DNA of 50,649 nucleotides from an uncultured Eubacteriales bacterium (GCA_902493155.1 CABUOE010000001.1:1-50649), one strand, 5' to 3'. Positions 1 to 10,711 are shown, numbered from the stretch's first letter. Notes: generated from the sequence alone by a model not told the origin. Translations and numbers: made by a program.

Positions 1-39
1 TTTCAAGACAATCAACTAATTTTGTATAAAAGTGCAAAC

Positions 40-77
40 AAAAAACCTGCCCAGGTTTTTGTCAGGCAGGCTTTTTC
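40..77 (-). terminator. Intrinsic terminator downstream of nrdG
   Basis: Stem cctgcc/ggcagg flanked by A- and T-tracts right after the nrdG stop. Confidence 0.7.
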
Positions 78-80
78 TTT

Positions 81-629
81 TTATCGATAACGTTGCCGAG
101 CGGGTTTTTCGGTTTCCGCTGCCAAAACCACAGTCCCCCTCCGCAGGGTTTTCTTCATGTCGATATACCGCTGATTCCGGCTGCCCCGATACTTGAGGGT
201 CAGATCCCGCTGCGCCAGAATAAACGGGCCGTCCACCAGATAGTCGCAGACGCCTAGCAGATCAGCGATCCCCTGATCCTCTTTGGCCATCTCCTGCAGC
301 TGCTCCAAAGTGTAACCGGAATAACTCATAATATTGAGCCTCATCCCCCGGATGGCTTTGATTTTTTTCCCCAAGTCCGCGAAGGCCGCCGCTTGGCAAA
401 AAGGCTCCCCTCCGCTGAAGGTCACTCCTTGAAGCAGAGGATTTTTCTTGATTTCGGCGACAATCTTATCGGTGTCGATGTCGTAGCCCCCGGCAAAATC
501 GTGAGTCTGAGGATTGTGGCAGCCAGGACAGTGATGAGGACATCCCTGACAGAATACAACGAATCTTAGCCCCTTTCCATCGACGATGGATTCCCGAACC
601 ACACCGGCGATCCGCAGCGTTTCACCCAT
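81..629 (-). CDS. nrdG: Anaerobic ribonucleoside-triphosphate reductase activating protein (radical SAM)
   Basis: ESIVDGKGLRFVVFCQGCPHHCPGCHNP (CxxxCxxC), GVTFSGGEPF, RGSRNQR; downstream of nrdD. Confidence 0.96.
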   Translation of the reverse strand: MGETLRIAGVVRESIVDGKGLRFVVFCQGCPHHCPGCHNPQTHDFAGGYDIDTDKIVAEIKKNPLLQGVTFSGGEPFCQAAAFADLGKKIKAIRGMRLNIMSYSGYTLEQLQEMAKEDQGIADLLGVCDYLVDGPFILAQRDLTLKYRGSRNQRYIDMKKTLRRGTVVLAAETEKPARQRYR

Positions 630-721
630 AGCTTAAAACTCCGTTTCTATTTGACATTTCCTCTATTTTGGTGAAACTGTAGATCATCTAAAATAAAGGA
701 GAAATAAAAAGCACTCAGATA

Positions 722-750
722 ATTATAAGGGAAAAACCACAAAAAGTAAA
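722..750 (-). promoter_or_regulatory. Putative sigma-A promoter of nrdG
   Basis: Minus strand TTTACT-17 nt-TATAAT, downstream of the nrdD terminator. Confidence 0.5.
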
Positions 751-775
751 ACGCCGTTTTCCCTATCTGCCAGAC

Positions 776-811
776 AAAAACCTAACCTTTCCGGCGGAAA
801 AGTTAGGTTTT
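776..811 (-). terminator. Intrinsic terminator after nrdD
   Basis: aaaacctaac...gttaggtttt hairpin with T-tract on the minus strand. Confidence 0.65.
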
Positions 812-848
812 ACATCTTGATTGCAATTATTTTGGAAAGAAATCGTCT

Positions 849-3206
849 TTAGATGGCTTCCATAGAATCAGCAGTGTTCACCGAGTGTTTGACCCTGTCT
901 TCTACCTCAGAGCGTTTTGCGTTGTTGAAGTGATCCAAGGTGCCTACCAGGTAACCGGTGATACGTCTAATCCGCTCAAAGCCCACGTCGCCTTCATCCT
1001 CTTTGCGGTGGCATTGAGGACATTCGTTGTCGATGATGCCAGTATAGCCGCAAACGGGGTCACGGTCGACGGGATGGTTGATGGAACCGTAGCCGATACC
1101 GCACTCTTTCATGTAGCGGACGACCTGCTCAAAAGCCTCCAGGTTTTCACAGGGGTCACCGTCCAACTCAATATAGGAAATATGGCCGCCGTTGGTGAGA
1201 GCGTGATAAGGCGCCTCCAGCTTAATCTTCTGGAACGCCGAGCAGGGGTAGTACACCGGAACATGGAAGGAGTTGGTGTAGTAATCCCGGTCGGTAACGC
1301 CAGGAATGATGCCGTAGATCTTTTTGTCGATGCGGACAAAGCGGCCGGATAAGCCTTCTGCTGGTGTGCCGATGAGGGAGAAGTTCATGCCATACTCTTC
1401 GGTGGCCTCGTCCATTCTTTTTCTCATGTAACCGACGATTTCAAGACCCAAATTCTGTGCCTCTTCCGATTCGCCGTGATGCTTGCCGATAAGCGCCTTG
1501 AGGCATTCCGCCAAGCCGATAAAGCCCATGGTCAAAGTGCCCTGCTTCAGCACTTCCTCGACGGTATCGTCCGGTCCCAGCTTGTCAGAGCCCGCCCAGA
1601 CTCCCTGTCCCATCAGGAAGGGATAATTGCGGACTTTTTTGCTGGCCTGGATGCGGAACCGGGCCAAAAGCTGATCGATGACCAGATCCACCATCTTGCC
1701 AAGAGACTCAAAGAAAGCGTCCACGTTTCCATTGGCCTTGATAGCAAGACGGGGCAGATTAACAGAGGTAAAGCTTAAGTTTCCTCTACCGGTGACCACC
1801 TCATTATCCGGGAAACAGGAGTTTCCGATAACCCTGGTGCGGCAACCCATGTAGGCGCATTCGGTCTCCGGATGGCCTTCTTTATAGTACTGGAGGTTAA
1901 AGGGCGCGTCGATAAAGGAAAAGTTGGGGAAAAGCCGTTTGGCCGAAACTTCGATAGCCAGCTTGAACAAATCGTAGTTGGGATCGCCGGGATTGTAGTT
2001 GACCCCTTCCTTCACCTTGAAGATGTGGATGGGGAAAATGGGGGTCTCGCCATTTCCGAGGCCCGCTTTGGTGGCAAGCAGGATGTTTCTCGTTACCATC
2101 CGGCCCTCAGGAGAAGTGTCAGTTCCGTAGTTTAACGAGGAGAAGGGAACCTGGGCGCCTGCACGAGAATGCATGGTGTTCAAATTATGTACAAGGGCTT
2201 CCATCGCTTGGTAAGTTGCCCGATCGGTCTCGTGACTCGCTTCTTTGAATGCGAATTTCTGCACATGCTCCGCAGTTTTTTCATCAAGGCCCAAACTGAG
2301 CAGTTTTTCTTTCTCTGCCTCGACATAGCCGTTATTAAACGCCAAAACCGGCTTCAAATCCTTCTCTTCGAGGATTTTGTCCGCAATGCTGCGGGCGGTA
2401 TCCTCCCCGTTTTCAAAGCCGCAAAGCAGCTCCAAGGCTTTTCCCACATTGACCCGGTATCTTCTGGCAAAAGTCTTGCGGACGCCGTCTGCAAGGTAAT
2501 AATCAAAATTCGGGATGCTCTGACCGCCATGCTGGTCGTTCTGGTTCGCCTGGATGGCGATACAGGCCAGCGCCGAATAACTGGAAATGTCGTTGGGCTC
2601 CCGCAAAAATCCGTGGCCGGTGGAGAATCCATCGTGGAACAGCTTCTGCAAATCAATTTGGCAGCAGGTGGTAGTCAAAGTCAGGAAATCCAGGTCGTGG
2701 ATGTGGATGTCGCCGCTGGTGTGAGCCTTTGCGTGGACCGGATCGAGTACATACATCTCGTAGAACTGCTTGGCGCCCTCGGAACCGTATTTCAGCATGG
2801 AGCCCATGGCGGTATCTCCGTCGATGTTAGCGTTTTCCCTCTTGAGATCCACTTCCTCCGCCGACTTGAAGGTCAAATCCTCATAAATCTTCATGAGCTT
2901 GGTATTCATCTCACGAACCCGGGTGCGTTCTGCCCGGTAAAGGATGAAATCTTTGGCCGTTCTGGCGTGGCCTCTTTCCATCAGAACTTTTTCCACCGCA
3001 TCCTGAATAAATTCTACAGTGGGTACTTTATCAGGGCAGTTTGCCTCCACATAATCGGCCACTTCCTGGGCCAAAGCAAACGCGGTGTCGTAGTCCTTAC
3101 CGCCGCTGGCCTGTGCCGCTTTAAAAATAGCGTTGGCGATTTTTTCAATGTTGAACGCCACTTCTCTGCCGTCACGTTTTCTGATTTTTGTAATCACGAT
3201 AATCAT
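849..3206 (-). CDS. nrdD: Class III anaerobic ribonucleoside-triphosphate reductase (start could be GTG at 3197)
   Basis: N-terminal ATP-cone (KIRKRDGR), GDIHIHDLD, TTTCC, YMGCRT, zinc site, glycyl-radical motif RRITGYL. Confidence 0.97.
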   Translation of the reverse strand: MIIVITKIRKRDGREVAFNIEKIANAIFKAAQASGGKDYDTAFALAQEVADYVEANCPDKVPTVEFIQDAVEKVLMERGHARTAKDFILYRAERTRVREMNTKLMKIYEDLTFKSAEEVDLKRENANIDGDTAMGSMLKYGSEGAKQFYEMYVLDPVHAKAHTSGDIHIHDLDFLTLTTTCCQIDLQKLFHDGFSTGHGFLREPNDISSYSALACIAIQANQNDQHGGQSIPNFDYYLADGVRKTFARRYRVNVGKALELLCGFENGEDTARSIADKILEEKDLKPVLAFNNGYVEAEKEKLLSLGLDEKTAEHVQKFAFKEASHETDRATYQAMEALVHNLNTMHSRAGAQVPFSSLNYGTDTSPEGRMVTRNILLATKAGLGNGETPIFPIHIFKVKEGVNYNPGDPNYDLFKLAIEVSAKRLFPNFSFIDAPFNLQYYKEGHPETECAYMGCRTRVIGNSCFPDNEVVTGRGNLSFTSVNLPRLAIKANGNVDAFFESLGKMVDLVIDQLLARFRIQASKKVRNYPFLMGQGVWAGSDKLGPDDTVEEVLKQGTLTMGFIGLAECLKALIGKHHGESEEAQNLGLEIVGYMRKRMDEATEEYGMNFSLIGTPAEGLSGRFVRIDKKIYGIIPGVTDRDYYTNSFHVPVYYPCSAFQKIKLEAPYHALTNGGHISYIELDGDPCENLEAFEQVVRYMKECGIGYGSINHPVDRDPVCGYTGIIDNECPQCHRKEDEGDVGFERIRRITGYLVGTLDHFNNAKRSEVEDRVKHSVNTADSMEAI

Positions 3207-3291
3207 CCCTTCTATGCAGTCTGCGAAGCTTTCGGATACCCTAACCAGTCTATATTCTTGCTCTTTCTAATACAGAGAGTATTTTGTAAAA

Positions 3292-3338
3292 CCACAACAT
3301 ATAGTGTATCTTTGCTCGTCTTGCACTATTATATAGCA
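3292..3338. promoter_or_regulatory. Tandem NrdR boxes
   Basis: CCACAACATATAGTGT (3292-3307) matches acaCwAtATaTwGtgt at 14/16; a weaker second box starts 31 bp away (3323) and overlaps the -10. Confidence 0.75.
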
Positions 3339-3356
3339 CATTTTGGGTTCTGTCAA
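3328..3356 (-). promoter_or_regulatory. Sigma-A promoter of nrdD
   Basis: Perfect TTGACA-17 nt-TATAAT on the minus strand. Confidence 0.85.
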
Positions 3357-3695
3357 TAGCTTTTATATACTTATTTGGTATATTTTAGTTTTTGTTATCC
3401 TGCACAAATTTCAGCAAAATGATTTAGACAGGATGAAGTTTTCAAGTCAAATAAAGACTACTCTGTATCCTGTAAGAATACAAAATTGAATACATGTATA
3501 TGAAAATGTAATTTTGAACAGCAATTTATCGTAAAATTACGGAATACAAAAATTCGACAATTTTTTTGTGTTTATTGCTAGATTTCAAAACCATCTTTCT
3601 TCTATTTTTTCTGCAAATAATATGTACAAAGTTCTTTTAATTTTTAAAATATTGTGGTATACTATGAATGTTAAAAATCAAAAAGGGGTGTCGCT

Positions 3696-4982
3696 TTGGA
3701 AAAGTATGTTATCAAAGGTGGCAACAGACTCCAGGGTGAAGTTACCGTCAGCGGGGCAAAAAACGCCGCCGTCGCCATTCTTCCCGCCGCCATTCTTTCC
3801 GACGAACCGTGTACTATAGAAAACGTTCCTAATATCAGCGATATTGATTGTACTATAAAGATTCTGACCCAAATGGGCGTTCAAGTAAAAATCATCAACA
3901 AATCCACTTTATATATTGACCCAAGACACATCGTCAATCCCACCGTTCCCTACGACTTGACAAAAAATATGCGTGCTTCTTATTATTTTCTCGGCGCACT
4001 GCTGGGAAAAGCGGGAAGCGCTCGTGTTTCCATGCCCGGTGGATGTGACTTAGGTGCCCGCCCTATTGACCAACATCTGAAAGGGTTGGCCTCTCTGGGT
4101 GCGGATGGCGCTGTGGATCACGGTATGGTACACCTGGAATCCAAAAACGGATTAAGAGGAGCCCATATTTATTTTGACATTGTCACGGTCGGCGCTACTA
4201 TTAACGTCATGCTGGCCGCTGTCAAAGCGGATGGCCTCACCGTCATCGAAAACGCCGCCAAAGAACCTCACATCGTCGATTTGGCGAACTTTTTAAACTC
4301 TATGGGAGCCGACATTATGGGGGCCGGTACCGACGTCATCAAGATCCGGGGCGTCAAACACCTCCACGGCACCCAGTATTCTATCATTCCCGATCAGATC
4401 GAGGCCGGTACTTTTATGGTGATGGCCGCCGCCACAAAGGGAAACATCCTCATTAAAAACGTCATCCCGAAACATTTGGAATCCATTACCGTAAAGCTTC
4501 AGAAAATTGGGGCTATCGTAGAAGAATATGACGACAGTATCCGTGTCATTGGCACCGGACGGCTGGAAAAAACCAGCATTAAGACCCTTCCCCATCCTGG
4601 CTTCCCCACCGATATGCAGCCTCAGATCACAACGTTGCTTACTCTGGCGGAAGGAACCAGCATCGTCACCGAAGGTATTTGGGACAACCGCTTTAAATAC
4701 GTGGACGAACTTCGCCGCATGGGCGCCGACATCTCAGTGGACGGAAAAGTTGCTGTCATCGAGGGCACCGGTCATCTCATGGGAGCGCCGGTCAAAGCTA
4801 CCGACCTTAGGGCGGGCGTAGCCATGATTATCGCGGGCCTGGCCGCATCGGGCACAACCGAAATCGAGGATATCCACCATATTGAGCGAGGGTATGAAGA
4901 CATTGAGGTCAAATTACGCGCCTTGGGAGCGGATATCAAAAAAATTCACAGTCCTGAAAACGAAATGCCCGTCGCCCTGTAG
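3696..4982 (+). CDS. murA: UDP-N-acetylglucosamine 1-carboxyvinyltransferase
   Basis: SGAKNAAVAIL, MRASYY, PGGCDLGARPIDQH (active-site Cys), PGFPTDMQ, DLRAG; TTG start. Confidence 0.97.
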   Translation: MEKYVIKGGNRLQGEVTVSGAKNAAVAILPAAILSDEPCTIENVPNISDIDCTIKILTQMGVQVKIINKSTLYIDPRHIVNPTVPYDLTKNMRASYYFLGALLGKAGSARVSMPGGCDLGARPIDQHLKGLASLGADGAVDHGMVHLESKNGLRGAHIYFDIVTVGATINVMLAAVKADGLTVIENAAKEPHIVDLANFLNSMGADIMGAGTDVIKIRGVKHLHGTQYSIIPDQIEAGTFMVMAAATKGNILIKNVIPKHLESITVKLQKIGAIVEEYDDSIRVIGTGRLEKTSIKTLPHPGFPTDMQPQITTLLTLAEGTSIVTEGIWDNRFKYVDELRRMGADISVDGKVAVIEGTGHLMGAPVKATDLRAGVAMIIAGLAASGTTEIEDIHHIERGYEDIEVKLRALGADIKKIHSPENEMPVAL

Positions 4983-4995
4983 TGTATGTAATATC

Positions 4996-5023
4996 AGGTT
5001 GGAGAATTTTCTCCAACCTTTTA
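4996..5023 (+). terminator. Intrinsic terminator after murA
   Basis: aggttggagaa/ttctccaacct stem followed by T-tract. Confidence 0.75.
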
Positions 5024-5138
5024 TTATGGGACAACAAGGTTCCGAGACGATATCCGTCCAATACCCGGCCGCAATCTTCGATTGCGATGGCAGAGGTTAG
5101 GCTATGTGAAAAGAGCATCTTGAAAGGAGGGAGAAGCC

Positions 5139-5933
5139 TTGACCTACTTTTATAATCTGTGCAGTTCCAGCAGCGGAAATTCCACCTATCTGGGAAGTCT
5201 CACCAGCGGGATTTTATTTGATGCCGGCATCGGGATCCGCAACTACGCCAAAAGCCTGCACTGTGCCGGGCTTCCCCCATCCGCCGTCAAAGCGATTTTT
5301 GTAACCCACGAGCACAGCGACCACGTGAAGGGGCTCGATGTGATTTCCATGCGCCACAACCTTCCGGTATACGGCTCCGAAGGCACCATCCAGAGCCTTC
5401 TGGAACAGGGGCAGCTCTGTGGCCAGCAGGAAATACATATCATCGACAAACCCACCGAGGTGGAAGGCTATCTCGTGACTCCCTTTCACACCTCCCATGA
5501 CAGCCGGGAAAGCTTGGGCTTTAAAGTGGAAACACCCTCTCATGAAAAGGTGGGTATCTGCACCGACTTAGGATTTGTCAGCGCTGAAGTGCTCGGTGCG
5601 CTGATGGGCTGCGATTTCGTCATGCTGGAGTCCAACTACGACGAAAGTATGCTCCTATACGGCTCCTATCCCTTCTTTTTGAAAAGAAGGATTTCGTCGG
5701 AAAAGGGCCATCTTTCCAACGAGCAGTGCGCCGAGACGATTGAGCGGCTTATTAAAGGCAACACCAAGCGGTTTGCCCTCGCCCATTTGAGCGAACACAA
5801 CAACCGCCCCGAAGTGGCCTTCGCCCACTCGAAAAACTATCTCACCCAAAAGGACATGCTGTTGGGACGAGACTACCTCATCGACGTCCTCGCCAAAGTA
5901 AATGACGGAAGGATGATTGAGATTACATGCTGA
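5139..5933 (+). CDS. MBL-fold metallo-hydrolase (YycJ/WalJ-like)
   Basis: SSSSGNS, THEHSDH, SHDS, TDLG, LESNYD, GHLSN, AHLSEHNN; immediately upstream of rlmH. Confidence 0.88.
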   Translation: MTYFYNLCSSSSGNSTYLGSLTSGILFDAGIGIRNYAKSLHCAGLPPSAVKAIFVTHEHSDHVKGLDVISMRHNLPVYGSEGTIQSLLEQGQLCGQQEIHIIDKPTEVEGYLVTPFHTSHDSRESLGFKVETPSHEKVGICTDLGFVSAEVLGALMGCDFVMLESNYDESMLLYGSYPFFLKRRISSEKGHLSNEQCAETIERLIKGNTKRFALAHLSEHNNRPEVAFAHSKNYLTQKDMLLGRDYLIDVLAKVNDGRMIEITC

Positions 5934-6409
5934 CCGTCACCCTGATTTGTATCGGAAAACTGAAGGAAAAATACCTGCGTGACGCCTGCGCGGAATACCA
6001 AAAACGATTAGGGGCTTTCTGCAAGCTGAATATCCTCGAACTGAGCGAATTTAGGCTTCCTGACAACCCGTCGGAAAGCGAAATTCAGCGATGTATCGAA
6101 AAAGAAGGCGCATCCATCCTTGCGAAGCTCCCCAAAGACAGCTTTGTGATCCCCTTGTGCATCGAAGGAAAACCATATTCCTCCCCGGATCTCGCAAAGG
6201 AGTTTCAAAAAATCTCGGTTTCCGGTCAGAGCGGTATTACCTTCATCATCGGCGGCTCTTACGGCCTTAGCGAAGAGGTAAAGTCCTTGGGAAAAATCAG
6301 GCTCTCCATGTCGGAGATGACTTTCCCCCATCAGCTTGCACGGGTGATGCTTTTAGAGCAGGTATACCGCTGCTTTCAGATCAATTCGAACGGAAAATAT
6401 CACAAATAA
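5927..6409 (+). CDS. rlmH: 23S rRNA (pseudouridine1915-N3)-methyltransferase
   Basis: IGKLKEKY, FIIGGSYGL, MTFPHQLARVMLLEQVYR, C-terminal YHK. Confidence 0.97.
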   Translation: MLTVTLICIGKLKEKYLRDACAEYQKRLGAFCKLNILELSEFRLPDNPSESEIQRCIEKEGASILAKLPKDSFVIPLCIEGKPYSSPDLAKEFQKISVSGQSGITFIIGGSYGLSEEVKSLGKIRLSMSEMTFPHQLARVMLLEQVYRCFQINSNGKYHK

Positions 6410-6509
6410 AATAGAGATTCCCACTTTGATGGGAAAGGCAAATTCAACAAGCAGTTGGAGTTTCCCCCTGGAGGGGGGACATAAGCTGCGATTATAGGAG
6501 GCTTCTCAT

Positions 6510-8330
6510 TTGATTAGAAAAGATTTAAGAAACGTTGCCATCGTCGCCCACGTCGACCACGGCAAAACCACTTTGGTGGACGAAATGCTGAAACAGGGCG
6601 GCGCTTTCCGCGAAAATCAGGTAGTCGAAGACCGGGTCATGGACAACAACGACCTGGAACGGGAAAGAGGCATCACCATCCTCGCCAAAAACACGTCCGC
6701 CTTTTATGAAGGCGTTAAAATCAATATCATTGACACCCCCGGCCACGCCGACTTCGGCGGTGAAGTGGAGCGCGTCCTCAAAATGGTGGACGGTATCCTG
6801 CTGCTGGTGGATTCCTTCGAAGGCTGCATGCCCCAGACCCGCTTTGTGCTCCAAAAGGCTATGGAACTGGGCCACAAAATCATCGTAGTGGTGAATAAAA
6901 TCGACCGCCCCGACGCGAGACTCTATGAAATCGAGGACGAAGTCCTGGAGCTTCTGATGGATTTAAACGCCACCGAAGAACAGCTGGACAGCCCGGTGGT
7001 TTACTGCTCCGGACGGGCCGGTACCGCCACCTATGCGCCGGAAGTTCCCGGAAAAGACCTGCGCCCCCTCTTCGATAAAATTTTAGAGCACATCGACCCA
7101 CCGGAAGGAGACGAAAACGCCCCCTTCCAGATGATGGTCTCCGCCATCGACTACAACGACTATGTGGGCCGTATCGCCATCGGACGGGTTACTCGCGGCA
7201 CCGTCAAACAGGGCCAGGAAGTCATGATTTGTGACTATCATAATCCCGATACCAAATACAAGGGCAAAATCGTCAATATGTACGAAATCAACGGATTAAA
7301 CCGCGTCCCCTGTGAAACCGCTACAGTAGGCGATATCATTTGTATCTCCGGCATTGAAAACGTCACCATTGGCGAGACCCTCTGCGACCCGGAAGCATTG
7401 GAGCCCCTCCCCTTCTCGAAAATTTCCCAGCCCACGGTGCAGATGACCTTTTCTGTCAACAACTCTCCCTTTGCAGGCAGAGAGGGCAAATTCGTCACCT
7501 CCCGCCAGATTCGCGACCGTCTCTATAAGGAGCTTTTAAAGGACGTTTCCCTCAAAGTGGAGGACACCGATTCCGCGGACAGTTTCCTGGTTTCAGGCCG
7601 CGGTGAAATGCACCTTTCCATCCTAATCGAAACCATGCGCCGGGAAGGCTACGAATTTCAGGTCAGCACCCCTCACGTGCTGTTTAAGGAAATCGACGGC
7701 AAAAAGTGCGAACCCATCGAGCGTGTCGTCATCGACGTCCCCGAGGACTGCATGGGCGCTGTCATGGAAAAGATGGGCTACCGCAAAGGCGAGCTCCAGC
7801 AGATGACCCCCCAGGGCAGCCGAATGAAGATGGAATTCTTAGTTCCCTCCCGGGGATTGTTCGGCTACAAAAACGAATTTTTGACCGATACCAAGGGCGA
7901 AGGCATCATGGCCTCGGTTTTTGAGTGCTACGAGCCTATGAAAGGTGAGATTCCTACCCGTTCCACCGGTTCCCTCATCGCTTTTGAGACCGGCACCGCC
8001 GTCACCTACGGTCTCTACAATGCCCAGGAGCGCGGCCAGCTCTTCATCGGCGCAGGCACCGAGGTGTACGAGGGTATGATTGTCGGCCAGTCCCCTAAAG
8101 GCGACGACCTGGTGGTCAACGTTTGCAAGAAAAAGCAGATGACCAACACCCGGGCCGCCGGTTCCGATGACGCTTTGCGCCTGATCCCGCCCAAGGATAT
8201 GAGCTTGGAGCAGTGCATCGAATTCATCACCGAAGACGAGCTCATCGAAGTTACGCCGGAAACCCTGCGGCTGAGAAAGCGGATTCTCGACAAATCCCTC
8301 CGCGCAAAAGCGGCGGCAAAAGCAAAATAG
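6510..8330 (+). CDS. typA: Translational GTPase TypA/BipA
   Basis: [47 protein letters not shown]. Confidence 0.97.
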   Translation: MIRKDLRNVAIVAHVDHGKTTLVDEMLKQGGAFRENQVVEDRVMDNNDLERERGITILAKNTSAFYEGVKINIIDTPGHADFGGEVERVLKMVDGILLLVDSFEGCMPQTRFVLQKAMELGHKIIVVVNKIDRPDARLYEIEDEVLELLMDLNATEEQLDSPVVYCSGRAGTATYAPEVPGKDLRPLFDKILEHIDPPEGDENAPFQMMVSAIDYNDYVGRIAIGRVTRGTVKQGQEVMICDYHNPDTKYKGKIVNMYEINGLNRVPCETATVGDIICISGIENVTIGETLCDPEALEPLPFSKISQPTVQMTFSVNNSPFAGREGKFVTSRQIRDRLYKELLKDVSLKVEDTDSADSFLVSGRGEMHLSILIETMRREGYEFQVSTPHVLFKEIDGKKCEPIERVVIDVPEDCMGAVMEKMGYRKGELQQMTPQGSRMKMEFLVPSRGLFGYKNEFLTDTKGEGIMASVFECYEPMKGEIPTRSTGSLIAFETGTAVTYGLYNAQERGQLFIGAGTEVYEGMIVGQSPKGDDLVVNVCKKKQMTNTRAAGSDDALRLIPPKDMSLEQCIEFITEDELIEVTPETLRLRKRILDKSLRAKAAAKAK

Positions 8331-8343
8331 AAAAAGAACGTGC

Positions 8344-8378
8344 AGAAGGCCCCCGGTATTGCCGGGGGCCTTCTTTCT
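8344..8378. terminator. Terminator hairpin between convergent typA and nth
   Basis: 13-bp stem agaaggcccccgg/ccgggggccttct. Confidence 0.75.
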
Positions 8379-8398
8379 CTGGTTAAGACACTGCTATC

Positions 8399-9031
8399 CT
8401 ATTTCTTTTCCATGTTTTTGCAGATGTCCTGTAGCGGACAAACGGTACACTGAGGCGCCCGCGCCTTGCAGAATTCCCGCCCAAAGTGAACCAGCCGGTG
8501 GCAGAAGTCGTTGCTTTTTTCTGGCGGCAGGATCTTTCTAAGATCCATCTCCACTTTAAAAGGCTCCTTTTCCTTTGTGAGCCCCAACCGACCGCAGATG
8601 CGGATACAGTGGGTGTCGGTAACGACGGCAGGCTGGTGAAAAATATCCCCCATCACGAGATTTGCCGTCTTTCTCCCAATGCCAGGAAGCTTCATCAAAT
8701 CCTCCAAAGTATCGGGAAGTTCCCCCGAAAAATCGTCGATGAGCATCCGCGACAGCATCTTGATGTCCTTGGCCTTTGTGTGAAACAAGCCGCAGGGCTT
8801 GATGATCTCTTCGATTTCCTCAATGGGCGCGTCTGCCAGCGACTGGAGCGAAGGAAACTTCGAAAATAGCACCGGTGTCACCAGATTGACCCGTGCGTCG
8901 GTGCATTGAGCGGAAAGCCGGGTCGAAATCAGCAGTTCATAGGGCTTTTCATAGGTCAGGGAGCACACTGCGTCCGGATAAACCCTTTCCAACGCCTCCA
9001 CCGCTTTCAGAGCCCGTTCTTTTTTCGTCAT
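8399..9031 (-). CDS. nth: Endonuclease III
   Basis: LSAQCTD, HhH LPGIGRKTAN, VTDTH, 4Fe-4S motif C-x6-C-x2-C-x5-C. Confidence 0.95.
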   Translation of the reverse strand: MTKKERALKAVEALERVYPDAVCSLTYEKPYELLISTRLSAQCTDARVNLVTPVLFSKFPSLQSLADAPIEEIEEIIKPCGLFHTKAKDIKMLSRMLIDDFSGELPDTLEDLMKLPGIGRKTANLVMGDIFHQPAVVTDTHCIRICGRLGLTKEKEPFKVEMDLRKILPPEKSNDFCHRLVHFGREFCKARAPQCTVCPLQDICKNMEKK

Positions 9032-9090
9032 TTTAGTTTTCCTCCTTCATCAAAAGACAGGTGAAACCGCCGTCCCACCTGTCCCTCTCG

Positions 9091-9618
9091 TCAATCGAAT
9101 ATATTCCCGCCCTGGCAGTCGATACCGACGATCAGCGGAAAATCGCACAACTCGAGCCGTTTGACCGATTCACAGCCTAAATCCTCGTAGGCAATCACTT
9201 CACAGCTTTTGATGCACTTGCAGGCCAAAGCGCCCGCCCCGCCGATGGCGCAGAGATATACGGCGCCGTTGCGTTTGATAGCTTCCACCACTTCCGGTTT
9301 GCGGGGGCCTTTCCCGATCATGCAGATGAGGCCCTCATCCAGCAGAAACGGTGCAAACACGTCCATTCTCCCAGAAGTGGTCGGCCCGCAGGACCCAATC
9401 GCCATCCCCTCTCGGGCCGGCGTGGGACCAGCGTAATAGATGGACGCCCCTTTCATCGGGAAGGGAACGTCTCCGCCCTCCTTCATCGCCGCCACCATCC
9501 GTTTATGTGCGGCATCCCGGGCGGTATACACCACACCGGACAACAATACCCGATCCCGCACCCGCAGCGTCTTTGCAATTTTTACTAACTCCTGCGCATT
9601 GCAGCGAATCGTACTCAT
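9091..9618 (-). CDS. Fe-S hydro-lyase beta subunit (class I fumarate/tartrate hydratase C-terminal domain)
   Basis: TARDAAHKR, GPTTSGRMD, MIGKG, DLGCES. Confidence 0.9.
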   Translation of the reverse strand: MSTIRCNAQELVKIAKTLRVRDRVLLSGVVYTARDAAHKRMVAAMKEGGDVPFPMKGASIYYAGPTPAREGMAIGSCGPTTSGRMDVFAPFLLDEGLICMIGKGPRKPEVVEAIKRNGAVYLCAIGGAGALACKCIKSCEVIAYEDLGCESVKRLELCDFPLIVGIDCQGGNIFD

Positions 9619-9648
9619 TCTTTGAAACAGCCTTCTTCCTTTTGCACC

Positions 9649-10470
9649 TTATTTACGGAATAAGAAGTCCGCTTTAAAGCTTTTTTTGGGTTCTTCGACT
9701 GCTTTGGGCGCAGAATCTACTTCTTTTTCTTCCCTGGATACTTCTGTTTTCGCATCCTCTTCGTTAATGTGCGCTTTTGCGCTTTTCAAATCTTTCTGAA
9801 GCTGCTCCATATCCTTCATGACATCCGCAGAAAATGCTTTGAAGGAATCCATGGTCGCCGCCAGCTTTTCACGGGTCTGCTCAAACTGTTTTTCAGCCTG
9901 GAAAGCTTCCTGCTTGGTGAGTTCCTTGAGCTTAGCGGACTTTTCATGGGCGCGGGCAACGATCTTGTCGGCAGCGCTTTTCGCTTCCATCATGATTTCG
10001 CCGATTTCGAGGCTCGTTTTTTCCTTCTCCTGTTTTTCATTCAGTTCCTGGAGTTTCGCACTCAGCTGTTTGTTGTTGGCCTCCAAAACGTCCTGATTCA
10101 TAACCAGCTTGCTGTTGAGTGCCTTCTGGGAAGCGATTTCGCGCTGGAGCTCTTCCGCCCGGGCGCTGAGCTGTTTATTGTTTTCCAGTGCACCGTTCAA
10201 TTTTTCCTCTAACTCCGCAGCGGCCCGCTCCTTTTCCGCACTCGCCTTTTGAAGCTCTTCCAACTGGACTTTCAGATCATCGGTTTCTTTCTGGAGCTCT
10301 TCTGCCTTGGCTTTCAAGGCGTCGTTTTCCTTCTGCAGATCCTCGGTCGCCTGCTGGAAACGCTCCACCGTCTTTTGGTGTTCTTCGTTGACTTCTTCGA
10401 AACATTTGAGGACATCCTGCCGGTCAAAGCCGCCAAAAACCGCTTTTTTGAATTTCTCGCCGTATTCCAT
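9649..10470 (-). CDS. Coiled-coil protein with DivIVA-like N-terminus
   Basis: FKKAVFGGFDRQDV resembles the DivIVA/GpsB N-terminal motif; long E/K/Q-rich heptad region; GGAGG RBS. Confidence 0.7.
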   Translation of the reverse strand: MEYGEKFKKAVFGGFDRQDVLKCFEEVNEEHQKTVERFQQATEDLQKENDALKAKAEELQKETDDLKVQLEELQKASAEKERAAAELEEKLNGALENNKQLSARAEELQREIASQKALNSKLVMNQDVLEANNKQLSAKLQELNEKQEKEKTSLEIGEIMMEAKSAADKIVARAHEKSAKLKELTKQEAFQAEKQFEQTREKLAATMDSFKAFSADVMKDMEQLQKDLKSAKAHINEEDAKTEVSREEKEVDSAPKAVEEPKKSFKADFLFRK

Positions 10471-10711
10471 GTCGTTCCTCCCTTTCGGTTGTTGTCTATC
10501 GTACCTTTTCAGGTTAAACTTCTGCTATCATACGCCCTCGTTGGCGGAGGACAAGCGCCTTCAGGTGTTTTGCAAACAGCTCCTTTGCTTGCTTATGAGG
10601 CTATTATAACACCAAAACAATAGATTTGACAAGTGCGAAAAGCAGGAAACCTGCACCATCTTTCCATTTCCGGCAAAAAGTGCTATAATAGAACAGAAAG
10701 GACTGATTAAA

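Noticed and set aside
2169..3359. 396-aa plus-strand ORF
   Set aside because: Antisense shadow of nrdD with no recognisable motifs.
3464..3559. GAATACA repeats and a TTCGACA box between nrdD and murA
   Set aside because: Short words in very AT-rich DNA with irregular spacing; cannot be separated from chance.
6392..6409. rlmH (orfX) 3' end resembling the SCC integration site
   Set aside because: The similarity follows from the conserved YHK-stop codons; typA follows directly, with no recombinase or duplicated att site.
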